Of a DNA stretch of 64,000 nucleotides, positions 18,575 through 27,763 are shown piece by piece. The notes beneath the pieces were generated by a model, which was not told the origin of the DNA, did not search any database, and worked only from the letters and a program-made list of their open reading frames with translations. Both the position numbers and the translations under genes were made by a program. Source of the DNA: Bryobacterales bacterium (GTDB taxonomy: Bacteria; Acidobacteriota; Terriglobia; Bryobacterales; UBA6623); NCBI GenBank assembly GCA_965219585.1, contig CBDCOA010000003.1, forward strand, positions 593,375-657,374. Reading direction: 5' to 3'. The first letter of the stretch is position 1. Each line of letters opens with the position of its first letter.

Positions 18575-19951
18575 CTACGCCAGCCCACGCAGGAGACGCC
18601 TGGAGCTTAGGATCCCCAGCGCCCCCAGCCAGGCCAGCACAGGTGCGTACTCCAAGAAAACCAAGCTGGAATCGTATTCCCACACGCCCGTGGCCTCGTA
18701 GCCGGGTACCACGTGGTACGCCAGCGGCGCTAGAGCGGTCCAAAGCAGCAACGGCCGCACGGGATGCACGGCCAGGAGGGGCAACATCCAGCTCAGATAC
18801 CAAGGAAAGCAGTTCGCCGAAAGCAGCAAGACCGCGGTCACTGCGCCCAACTCTCCGAGACACGGCGGAAGCCGCCGCCACCACAGCCAAGCGACACAAG
18901 CGATCAGAATCCACTTCCCTGCCGTCGCGGCGGACGCCATGTCGCCGCCCACCAGCCAGAGCAGCACCGCGAACAGGCTGTCGTTGTTGCGCCAGCCCAT
19001 CGTGAATCCCTCCAGCACCGCAAGCACCTCGGCGATGCCGTGCCAGTAGAGGCTGCAAATCGCGAGGCCAACCGCGCCGCCAGCCAACAGCCCCTTCCAG
19101 TGCGCTTGCCAGCGGCCGCGGCTCCGGTCCAGGGCCAGGAACGGGAACAAGACGACCGGCCAGAACTTGCAAAGCGTCGCGACCGTCAGCACGACCAGCG
19201 CCCATGTAGGCCTTCCGCGGAGCGACAGCGCAAGAGCCGCCACAGCGAGCGCGACGCCGAGCGCGTCGTTGTGGCCCTCGATCCAAAACTCCGTCACGGC
19301 AAGCGGAGACCACAGGTAGATCAACGCCCATGCCGGGGGCCGTCCGGCAGCCGCCAGCAGCCACATCAGGGCTGCACCGACCCCCAGTTCGGCCAGGGCA
19401 AACGGGAGCTTGAACAGCCAGACTTGAGTCCAAGGGTCGCTCTCCCAGAGTCGAACGCAGCGGTAGGTCCACAGGTTCAGCTGTTCGACGACCGGGCCGT
19501 ACGCTGAAGGCTTGTCCTTGGCGGCGACTCTCGGCCAGGTGGCGTCACGCAGGTTCTCCCATTGCGGATCCTCCGGCAAAGCCAAGTACGGGTCGCCGCC
19601 AGCGTGCTGGACGATGCCCTGCCAGCGGTAGCGCGCAGTGTCCTCAGACAGGCTCGGATGCAACGGAAAGACCGTGACGCGGAACAGCAGCGCCGCAACC
19701 CAGATCCAGCGGACCGATCGGGGTGTCGATAAACGGTCTGACCCGCGAATCGCGATCCAGGTGGCCGCGATATAGGCAATCGAAGCGAGGAGATAGTAAG
19801 CTAGGAACTCAGGGACATTGCTGGCCGGTCGCTCCAGATGCAGCACCAACAGGAGCCCACCCTCGATGAGGGCTGCAGCTACCCCTAGGCCCACAGTCAA
19901 CCGCCGGGCGGTCGGAGGTGCCTCTGTCGAGCCCTGAGCAAGCGGATCCAA
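18575..19951 (-). CDS. Polytopic membrane glycosyltransferase-like protein (GT-C fold, DUF2029/GT87-like)
   Basis: 458 aa with many hydrophobic helices. It has an early loop motif SEDTARYRWQG....GGDPY, typical of DUF2029/PIG-M-like mannosyltransferases. It is divergent from a GT2 gene. Confidence 0.5.
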   Translation of the reverse strand: MDPLAQGSTEAPPTARRLTVGLGVAAALIEGGLLLVLHLERPASNVPEFLAYYLLASIAYIAATWIAIRGSDRLSTPRSVRWIWVAALLFRVTVFPLHPSLSEDTARYRWQGIVQHAGGDPYLALPEDPQWENLRDATWPRVAAKDKPSAYGPVVEQLNLWTYRCVRLWESDPWTQVWLFKLPFALAELGVGAALMWLLAAAGRPPAWALIYLWSPLAVTEFWIEGHNDALGVALAVAALALSLRGRPTWALVVLTVATLCKFWPVVLFPFLALDRSRGRWQAHWKGLLAGGAVGLAICSLYWHGIAEVLAVLEGFTMGWRNNDSLFAVLLWLVGGDMASAATAGKWILIACVAWLWWRRLPPCLGELGAVTAVLLLSANCFPWYLSWMLPLLAVHPVRPLLLWTALAPLAYHVVPGYEATGVWEYDSSLVFLEYAPVLAWLGALGILSSRRLLRGLA

Positions 19952-19973
19952 GATCGCCCCAAGCGTAACGCAG

Positions 19974-21476
19974 ATGAGTATCGTCGACCTCCTGCTGCTC
20001 GGAGCGTACTTCGGGCTGATGGCCGTGCTAAGTCTGTTCGGGCTGCACCGCTATGCGCTGGTCTACCTGTACCACCGCCACCGCGACCGGGTGCTGGGGG
20101 CGCCGCAGCGGCAGTTCGAGCAACTTCCCGCAGTGACCGTACAGCTACCGGTCTTCAACGAGCGCTTCGTCGTGGCTGATCTCGTCAACTCCGTCTGCGC
20201 CCTGCGCTACCCCCGGCGCCTGCTTCAGATTCAAGTCTTGGACGACTCCACCGACGAAACCTCTGCCGTGCTTGAGCGCATCGTGGGCGAAAAGCGCGCG
20301 GCGGGCGAGCCGATCGAATACATCCACCGCTCCAATCGGGAGGGCTACAAGGCCGGCGCCCTCGCGGCAGGCCTGCGCCAGGCGTCGGGGGAGTTGATCG
20401 CGATCTTCGACGCAGACTTCACCCCCAAGCGCGACTTTCTCGAAAAGCTCGTCCACTACTTCGCCGACCCCGCAGTCGGCATGGTCCAAGCGCGCTGGAC
20501 CTTCCGCAACCGCGATCTGTCGCTGCTAACCCGGGTCCAGGCGATGCTGTTGGACGGCCACTTCGTTTTCGAACACGGCGGCCGCGCCCGGTCCGGACGT
20601 TTCTTCAACTTCAACGGGACCGCTGGGATGCTCCGCAAGGCGATGATCGACGATGCCGGCGGATGGCAGCACGACACGCTTACGGAAGACACCGACCTGA
20701 GCTACCGGGCGCAGTTGCGCGGTTGGAAGTTCTTATACGCATCGCACGTGGAAGCGCCATCCGAGCTGCCCGCCGACATGGCCGACTTCCAAGTCCAGCA
20801 GTTCCGCTGGGCCAAGGGGCTGCTGCAGACCGGGCTGAAGCTGCTGCCGACTCTGTTGCGCTCGGGCCAGCCCGCCGGGATCAAGCTAGAGGCCGGGTTT
20901 CACCTACTCGCCAACATCGCTTATCCGATGATGCTGCTCCTGGCGGCGCTCATCCTGCCCTCCATGCTTGTGCGCCACGAGCTCCTGGACGGTCAGCTGC
21001 TCTGGCTGGACCTGCCTGCATTCTTGCTCACCTTCTGCTCTCTTTCGAGCTTCTATACCCTGTCCCAGGCGGAGCTGGGTCGCGGCGGAGTCCATCGCCA
21101 CCTGAAACTGGTGCCTCCGCTGGTGCTCGCGGGCATCTCGCTCTCTATCAGCAACTCGCGGGCAGTGCTGGGCGCCATGCGCGGGTCACGCTCGGCTTTT
21201 GAGCGCACAGCGAAATACAGCGGCGACCGCAGCGCCGCAACGCTCGCGCGCAGGGCGTACGGCCGTCGCGGCGGATGGCGCGTAATCGCCAACCTCGCCG
21301 CAGCCAGCTATTTCGCGGTCTGTCTAGGCGTCGCAGTCGACATCGAGCACTGGCTCGGCCTGCCAGTGATTGCGCTCTTTCTGGCCGGGTTCTCGTACGC
21401 CGGCTTCTCCATGCTGAGCGACACACGCACAGGCAACCGGGCTGTGTTGCGCACGGCCGACGATTCGGCACCGTGA
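19974..21476 (+). CDS. Family 2 glycosyltransferase, processive cellulose-synthase-like type
   Basis: Carries the D,D,D,QxxRW signature (VLDDSTD, IFDADF, TEDTDLSYR, QVQQFRWAKG) and has transmembrane helices at both ends. Confidence 0.8.
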   Translation: MSIVDLLLLGAYFGLMAVLSLFGLHRYALVYLYHRHRDRVLGAPQRQFEQLPAVTVQLPVFNERFVVADLVNSVCALRYPRRLLQIQVLDDSTDETSAVLERIVGEKRAAGEPIEYIHRSNREGYKAGALAAGLRQASGELIAIFDADFTPKRDFLEKLVHYFADPAVGMVQARWTFRNRDLSLLTRVQAMLLDGHFVFEHGGRARSGRFFNFNGTAGMLRKAMIDDAGGWQHDTLTEDTDLSYRAQLRGWKFLYASHVEAPSELPADMADFQVQQFRWAKGLLQTGLKLLPTLLRSGQPAGIKLEAGFHLLANIAYPMMLLLAALILPSMLVRHELLDGQLLWLDLPAFLLTFCSLSSFYTLSQAELGRGGVHRHLKLVPPLVLAGISLSISNSRAVLGAMRGSRSAFERTAKYSGDRSAATLARRAYGRRGGWRVIANLAAASYFAVCLGVAVDIEHWLGLPVIALFLAGFSYAGFSMLSDTRTGNRAVLRTADDSAP

Positions 21477-21511
21477 AGAGCGGCAGGCCCAGAGCAGGCG
21501 AGTACATTCCC

Positions 21512-23740
21512 AGGGCCATTTTTTTGTCCGAGTCCGAGGCAGTGCACGACAGTAGCCGGAGGGGCAGTGGCTGCCTGCTAGAGTTTGCGAGCTCGGCATG
21601 GTAGCGCTGTCTGCTGCGAGGACTGGACATTTTGTTGTCAGTCTGTCAGGCTAGGCTCTAGTGGCAGCGCCAAGCGGCTTGCGGGATCTGGATTTGCGCT
21701 CCGTGCAGGTGCGCCCCACGCACGGTGCGCAGGAGCACCGGCGCTGGGACCGCTTGGTGGCCAGCCACCACTACCTAGCGTTCGAGGGGTTGTTCGGCAA
21801 GGCCCTGCGGCATGTGGCGACGCTGGGGCAGGACTGGATCGCACTGGTGGGCTGGCAGGCCGCCGCGCTCAAGCTGGCGGCCCGTGACCGCTGGATCGGC
21901 TGGAGCCCGCAGCAGCAGCGGCGGCGCCTGCATCTGCTCACGCAGAACTCGCGCTTCGTGATTCTGCCGGCTTGGCAGGGGGCGCCCAATCTGGCCTCGC
22001 GGGTGCTCGGGCTGAGCTTGCGACGGCTTTCGGACGACATGTTGGCCGAGCACGGCATTCCGAGCCTGTTAGCGGAGTCGTTCGTGGACCCTGAACGCTT
22101 CGCCGGCACCTGTTACCGGGCCGCCAACTGGCGCTCGCTGGGCTTCAGCGGCGGCTACGCACGGCTGCCGGGTGCCACGCCGCGCTGGCGTCGGCACGGC
22201 CAGCGGAAGGAGATTTTCGTGTACGAATTGCAGCCCGGCGCGGCCCTCAAGCTGGCCCAGCCGGAGGATGATCCGGCCTGGGACGGGCCGGCCCGCAGCG
22301 CGCCCCCCGACGCGCAGACGCTGCGCAGTCTGTTCGAGTTCCTCGGCGAGTTGCCCGAGTACCGCCATGCGCGCGGCAAGCGCTACGGCTTGCGCAGCGT
22401 GCTGGCCTTGGCGGTGGCGGCGCGCCTGTGCGGCTACCGCGGGGTGACCGCCTTCGCCCAGTTCGCGGCCCTGCTGAGCCAGTCGCAGCGACTGGCGGTG
22501 GAGTGTTTCTACAGCCCCAGCCAAGGCTGCTACACGAGTCCGTCGATCACCACGTTCCACAACATTCTGGCGACCCTAGAGCCGCAGACGCTGGAGGAGG
22601 CGGTGCGCGGGTGGGCCCTCCAGCAAAGCGCGCAAGTGCAGTCACAGCAAGACGCTACGGATTCGTCCAAGGCCGCCAGCGAGGCACCCAGCGAGGGCCC
22701 GGCAGTGCTGCCGGGCGTGAGCCTGGACGGCAAGGACGTGCGCGGGGCCTCCAAGCAGAGCGCACACGGTCGGCGCATGCTGCTGGCCGCGGTGGAGCAG
22801 GGCAGCGGCGTGGTGCTGGGACAGTTGGAGATCGACTCCAAGACCAACGAGATCCCGGCCTTCCGGGAACTAGCCAGGCAACTCGACCTGGCCGGGCGGG
22901 TGGTCACCGGCGACGCGCTGCACGCCCAGCAGGAGACGGCCCGCTGCCTGCTCGAGGAATCCCAGGCAGACTATCTGATCACCGCGGTGAAAAACAACCA
23001 GCCAACGCTGTTCCGGGACCTGCAAGAGATGGACTTCAGTGCCTGCCCGCTGGTGGAGACGCTGGACAAGCAGCATGGCCGCATCGAGCGCCGACGCTAC
23101 TGGGTCAAGGACATCAGCGCCGCCGAATGGGACGACTATGCCGCCCTGCACGGCCGCCAGCAGGCCATCCGCGTCGAACGTCGGCGGCAGCACGTCAAGA
23201 GCGGCAAGAGCAGCACCGAAGTGAGCTATGCGCTCACCTCGCTGGGCCCCGCACGGGCCACCCCCGAGCAACTCGCGGAGTTGCTGCGCAACCACTGGCA
23301 GATCGAGAACCGCCTGCACTATGTGCGTGACTTCACCTACGACGAAGACCGCTGCCGCGTGTATGTGCGCGACCTGCCGCGCAACCTGGCCTGTCTGACC
23401 AACACGGCCATTTCGATCATCCGCTGCCTGCCCCAATTCCGCTACGTGCCGGAGGCCAACCGGCATTTCGCGGCACGCCCGCAGGAGGCTCTCGACTTGC
23501 TGCTGCAAGCGCCCTCGCCTTAGCCCATGCGAGCGTCCCGCCAGCCTGCCCGGCAACGCCTTGCGAGGCGTCACACCCCCGCTGCGCCGACACTGTCCAG
23601 TGCCCCCTCGCGGGCGCTGCGAAGAGCGGCCCAGCGCCCTTCGAGCAGGCCCTTGCAACTCCAGCGACAGGCTGCCCTAGTTGCACGAGCAACGATCCGA
23701 TCCCATCAGACGAGTCACGTATCGACAAAAAAATGTACCT
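21512..23740 (+). mobile_element. ISAs1-family insertion sequence encoding a DUF4338-transposase fusion (~2.23 kb)
   Basis: An identical 12-mer, GAGTACATTCCC, flanks the element at 21500-21511 and 23741-23752. The terminal inverted repeats are AGGGCCATTTTTTTGTC (left) and the reverse complement of GACAAAAAAATGTACCT (right), matching at 15 of 17 positions. Because the outermost C/G is ambiguous, the duplication is 10-12 bp. The ends may be CAGG...CCTG at 21511 and 23741. Confidence 0.85.
21661..23523 (+). CDS. ISAs1-family DDE transposase fused to an N-terminal DUF4338 (DruA-like) domain
   Basis: The N-terminus has DUF4338-like motifs (RDRWIGWS, SRFVILP, LAESFVDPERFAGTCYRAANW). The remainder resembles ISAs1 (H-repeat-associated) transposases (LPEYRHARGKRYGL..., VSLDGKDVRG, ITAVKNNQPTL, HWQIENRLHYVRD). 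Confidence 0.8.
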   Translation: MAAPSGLRDLDLRSVQVRPTHGAQEHRRWDRLVASHHYLAFEGLFGKALRHVATLGQDWIALVGWQAAALKLAARDRWIGWSPQQQRRRLHLLTQNSRFVILPAWQGAPNLASRVLGLSLRRLSDDMLAEHGIPSLLAESFVDPERFAGTCYRAANWRSLGFSGGYARLPGATPRWRRHGQRKEIFVYELQPGAALKLAQPEDDPAWDGPARSAPPDAQTLRSLFEFLGELPEYRHARGKRYGLRSVLALAVAARLCGYRGVTAFAQFAALLSQSQRLAVECFYSPSQGCYTSPSITTFHNILATLEPQTLEEAVRGWALQQSAQVQSQQDATDSSKAASEAPSEGPAVLPGVSLDGKDVRGASKQSAHGRRMLLAAVEQGSGVVLGQLEIDSKTNEIPAFRELARQLDLAGRVVTGDALHAQQETARCLLEESQADYLITAVKNNQPTLFRDLQEMDFSACPLVETLDKQHGRIERRRYWVKDISAAEWDDYAALHGRQQAIRVERRRQHVKSGKSSTEVSYALTSLGPARATPEQLAELLRNHWQIENRLHYVRDFTYDEDRCRVYVRDLPRNLACLTNTAISIIRCLPQFRYVPEANRHFAARPQEALDLLLQAPSP

Positions 23741-23802
23741 GAGTACATTCCCGCCGGTCTTGTACTGACTGGCCGCTTCCGGCAAAATAGGGGATCGGCC
23801 CG

Positions 23803-24135
23803 ATGACCAGTTTTCGCATCCTGTACCTGACCGCTGACGCGGGCGAGAGGTTCCGGGACCGAAGTCCGCGCAAGCCCCCCTTCGTCTTGCGCAAGTCCCA
23901 CTACGAGAGCGGTCCGGAGCTGACCGCGGAAGGTCCCTACGAGCTGTGGCGCCAGCTCCGCGAGCAATCCGAGAGTGGCGAGGCCAGCCCTGCGCGGCCC
24001 ATCGAAGTCGGCGATGCGCTGGAGACAGCGGATGGCTTGCTGCTGTGCAACTTCTGGGGCTTTGACCCCGCTCACTGGATGGATGCAGAGGAATCCGAAG
24101 GACGCGTCGGAGCTGCCGAGAACGGCGCACCTTGA
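23803..24135 (+). CDS. Hypothetical protein (110 aa)
   Basis: The composition looks protein-like and the ORF sits in an otherwise unassigned gap. I recognise no family. Confidence 0.35.
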   Translation: MTSFRILYLTADAGERFRDRSPRKPPFVLRKSHYESGPELTAEGPYELWRQLREQSESGEASPARPIEVGDALETADGLLLCNFWGFDPAHWMDAEESEGRVGAAENGAP

Positions 24136-24312
24136 TGCGAGCGCCAGCCTCGCTCCTACTTCTGAATGACCGCTAGAAACATCCCTGACCTCGCTCGTCT
24201 GCGCTCGAACTGGCGCAGCCTGGCGGCTTGGGCCGTGTTATCGCTCCGTGCGGGACGGCCTAATTCGCGCACACGGTCCAGCGGTCGTGCAGCTCTGTGA
24301 CTAAGACGGAAT

Positions 24313-26133
24313 TTGCCCATGGGCCCGGTTGAGATTTGCAAACAGCGGCTAGAGAGCCGCCACAGTGAGTACAGGCACTGGAAGCAGCGGCACCGCTGGT
24401 TCGGCAACGCCCGACTGGCCGCGGCCGGACTGAGCCTGCTCGGGCTGTGGTGGGTCGAGAGCACGTTCCCGTCTCTGACGTGGTGGGCGGTGGGCCTGCT
24501 CGTGGTGGCGTTCCTCGCCTCCTCCAAAGTGTTCTCGCGGCTGGAAGACTTGAGGCGGTCCGCGGGCATCGCGATGATGTTCTACGCCACCCCCGTCATG
24601 GGCGAGAAGCGCAAGACTGCCTCGAGCCAGTCCGACGCCCTGACCCTGCCGGAAGAGCATCCCTACGCACGAGACGTGGACCTCGCCGAAGATGGCGGCC
24701 TGATTGACTTTCTCAACCTGGGCTCGACCCAGGATGGATTGCTGATCCTATCGAACATGCTGGCCAAGCCCGCCTCGCGAGAGGAGATCATCGAACGCCA
24801 GGCCGCGGTCAAGGAACTCAAGTCGCAGCTCGACCTGCGCGAACGGCTCTTCGTGGAGGGTTCCAAGAAGCTTCCCTACATCCGGACCGACCTGCTGAAG
24901 GCCTGGGCCGAAAAGCAACCGGTCGCGGCGCCGAGCTGGTTCCCGGCGAGCTGCTTCGCGCTCAGCGTCGCGTTCGTGATCCAATCCGTGCTAGTCGCCC
25001 TCGACCCGACTGCGGCTGGCCTCTTGGCCCTCGTCGCCATACTGCTGACCGAGCTCGTGCTGTGGAAGTTCGGCCAGCGCTATTTGACGATGCAGGTCGT
25101 CACGTCCGAGGGCATCCATCATGACTGCAATGAGTTGCGCTCTCTTGTGAAGGTCTTGGACGATCAGGAATTTCACTCCCGCAACCTGCGAGAGCTATCG
25201 AACGATCTGCGGCACGACGGCCACAGGGCCAGCCAGTTGCTGCGAGGCTTCTGCCGCTTGGTCTCGCTGTTCGAAGCCCGTCACAACCAAATCGTCGCCA
25301 TGTTCGGCCCGCTCGTGCTCTACCAGACCCAGGCAGCGCTCGCGCTGGAGCGCTGGCGCGTAGCGCACGCCCACCAGCTGCCGAAATGGATCGACGCCAT
25401 CGGTGCGTTTGAGGCGTATTCATCCATCAGCTGCTTCGCCTTCGAACATCCTCTGTACTGCTTTCCGAGCGTGGTCGAGGAGGGGCCCGTCCTCAAGGCC
25501 GAGGGACTGGCCCATCCGCTGCTGGGGGACGAAGCCGTGGCGAACGAGGTCGACCTCGACCGCGGTCATCCCGTCTTGGTCGTGAGCGGCGCAAACATGG
25601 CAGGCAAGAGCACGCTCCTGCGGACGATCGGCACGAGCGTCGCGCTCACGTACGCCGGCGCCCCGGTCCGGGCCCTTTCGATGACGATTTCGGCCATGGA
25701 TGTGGTCGCTTCCATTCGCGTGAAGGACTCGCTGCAGCGCGGCGAGTCGCGCTTCGCCGCCGAGCTCAACCGGATCCGTCTGGTACTGGAGAGCATCCGA
25801 TCCGGCCATCCGACCTTGGTGCTGATCGACGAACTCTTCGCCGGCACCAACTCCTACGACCGCTACGCCGGCGCGGTCGTCTTGGCGGAGTTCTTGCTGG
25901 GGAGCGATTCCTCGCTCGCCGTGCTGTCGACACATGACCGCAATGTGACGCGGTGGGCGGAGGAGGGACCCGAGCGCGTGACCAACGCCCACTTCCGCGA
26001 TGTCTTCAGCGACGGCGAGATGCACTTCGACTACCGGCTGCACCACGGCCCGGCCATGCGCGGCAACGCGATCGAACTCATGAAGCAGGCCGGCATGCCG
26101 ATGCCGGAGACGCTGCCAAGCCCGGAAGCCTGA
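24313..26133 (+). CDS. Membrane-anchored MutS-related ATPase (MutS domain V only)
   Basis: Hydrophobic helices occur near the N-terminus and around aa 200-250. The C-terminus has a MutS-type ABC ATPase: Walker A VVSGANMAGKSTLLRTIG, Walker B LVLIDELFAGTN, and STHD. No mismatch-binding domain is recognisable. Confidence 0.7.
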   Translation: MPMGPVEICKQRLESRHSEYRHWKQRHRWFGNARLAAAGLSLLGLWWVESTFPSLTWWAVGLLVVAFLASSKVFSRLEDLRRSAGIAMMFYATPVMGEKRKTASSQSDALTLPEEHPYARDVDLAEDGGLIDFLNLGSTQDGLLILSNMLAKPASREEIIERQAAVKELKSQLDLRERLFVEGSKKLPYIRTDLLKAWAEKQPVAAPSWFPASCFALSVAFVIQSVLVALDPTAAGLLALVAILLTELVLWKFGQRYLTMQVVTSEGIHHDCNELRSLVKVLDDQEFHSRNLRELSNDLRHDGHRASQLLRGFCRLVSLFEARHNQIVAMFGPLVLYQTQAALALERWRVAHAHQLPKWIDAIGAFEAYSSISCFAFEHPLYCFPSVVEEGPVLKAEGLAHPLLGDEAVANEVDLDRGHPVLVVSGANMAGKSTLLRTIGTSVALTYAGAPVRALSMTISAMDVVASIRVKDSLQRGESRFAAELNRIRLVLESIRSGHPTLVLIDELFAGTNSYDRYAGAVVLAEFLLGSDSSLAVLSTHDRNVTRWAEEGPERVTNAHFRDVFSDGEMHFDYRLHHGPAMRGNAIELMKQAGMPMPETLPSPEA

Positions 26134-26152
26134 GCAAATCGCGACTCGGCGC

Positions 26153-26818
26153 TCAGACCGCGGCCAACAACTCCGGAAAATCGTTCCTGGGGCTGTTGAC
26201 TTCCAGCCCCACCCTGCGACAGTCGAACGGCCCGGGCAAAGGAGTCTGCACCAGCGCGAGCAACTCTGGCTGGCGAGCGGCCGGATCCAGCCATTCCGCG
26301 TAGCGCTCGCGTGGGATGATCGCAGGCTGGCGGTGATGCAGCCACTGCATCGACGGACCCGCCGGACATGTCAGAACGGTAAAGGAATCGATCCGGCCGC
26401 CGCCGCGGTCCCAGCTCTCCCACAGGCCCGCGAAGGAGAACAGCTCCCCGCCCCGCGATATCCACCACGGCTGCTTGCGCGGGCCGTCGCTTTGCCACTC
26501 GAACCAGCCGTTGGCCGGCACCAGGCAGCGACGGCGGCGGAACGCGCTGCGAAACGCCGGCTTGGAGTCCACCGTTTCGGAGCGGGCGTTGATCAGGCGA
26601 GCGCCGATCTTGGCGTCGCGCGACCATGCCGGGATTAGGCCCCAGCGCTTGGAGGCCAGTTCGCGGTGTCCGTCCAGGTCCGTCGTGCAGATGGCGAAGA
26701 TCTGCGTCGGCGCACCGTTCCAGCGGCGGCGCAGCTCGATTTGCGGAGAAAAGGGATCCAGTTCGTACAGATCGACTAGCTCACCCCCGTCGACATCTTG
26801 GGTGAATCGCCCACACAT
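26153..26818 (-). CDS. SOS-response-associated peptidase (SRAP/YedK, DUF159)
   Basis: The hallmark MCGRF N-terminus (catalytic Cys2) begins at the ATG at 26816-26818. Downstream motifs INARSET and PANGWFEW are present. The upstream extension in the ORF track is rejected. Confidence 0.85.
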   Translation of the reverse strand: MCGRFTQDVDGGELVDLYELDPFSPQIELRRRWNGAPTQIFAICTTDLDGHRELASKRWGLIPAWSRDAKIGARLINARSETVDSKPAFRSAFRRRRCLVPANGWFEWQSDGPRKQPWWISRGGELFSFAGLWESWDRGGGRIDSFTVLTCPAGPSMQWLHHRQPAIIPRERYAEWLDPAARQPELLALVQTPLPGPFDCRRVGLEVNSPRNDFPELLAAV

Positions 26819-27763
26819 CGCGTTCCCTGCCGGACCTCCTCGGCCCGCCCCCATCATAAACTCGGCGACGCGTGCGGCCCCCCTGAAACCGCTTCCGCAG
26901 TCGGGGATTGCGGTCGGTCAGTCCTTTCCAATCGGAAGATGAGCTGCTCTGAGCCGGAGACTGTGGGAACCCGCAGATCATAGCGGAGGGCAGGTCCCCG
27001 AGGGCCTTCGCATGGACGGGGCCGGCCCCCGGTGGCGACTGGCATTTTCCGGGGTCTCGGGCGGGGGGGCTCGGCGGCTCGCTTCCGGCCGGCAGCAACC
27101 GTTCCGAGAGTCAGTCGATCAACGACTACGTGCTAGGCTGAACCCATTCCAAAGGTTCCTCCCCGATGACAAGAGTTCTGGGAGCTCTCTCCAGTAGTGG
27201 AGTAGTCGGGGAGGTCACTTAGCAGCGATTCTCACGACAGTTAGTAGAAGTACTCTGTCCCGTGCTGGAATACTTCGAACTCGTGACGTATCGTCATTTT
27301 GATGCGGTCATACCAAGCAAGCTGCCCTTTCTCCCACTTCCGTTGAATCGCCCGACAGCAGTAGTCCGCAATCTCTCATTCGAGTAGAACAGAGTAGGCG
27401 AGTTTCCGAGGCGGCGCAATCGGTGCAGCCCCCGTCACAATGCTATCCCGGCATCAGCCAATTGGGTTGTGAGTCACAGCACACCATCGCTTGGTGCAAC
27501 TCGTCCGGCCAAGTCTGAGCAGTCCTGTACAACTCGTGGATCGATGCGGGATCCTTGCTCAGCGGAAAACGCCGCTCGGTGGAGCGCATGCACGCCTAGG
27601 TGGCCATTCCAGCGTGACTCGAATCCGTGGTGCATACTCAAGAAGGGAGTGGCAATAGCTGAAACTTCGGGTGGCGCTCGGGGTTAACCAATAGAAAGGC
27701 AGGCGCGTCTAAGTGGTGTCCTTGGCCACCCTTTTGGCCGCAGCAGCGCCAATGACGGATTAG

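Noticed and set aside
27590-27650. tRNA/tmRNA-like T-loop (GACTCGAATCC)
   Set aside because: The flanking bases do not form a T-stem or an acceptor stem on either strand.
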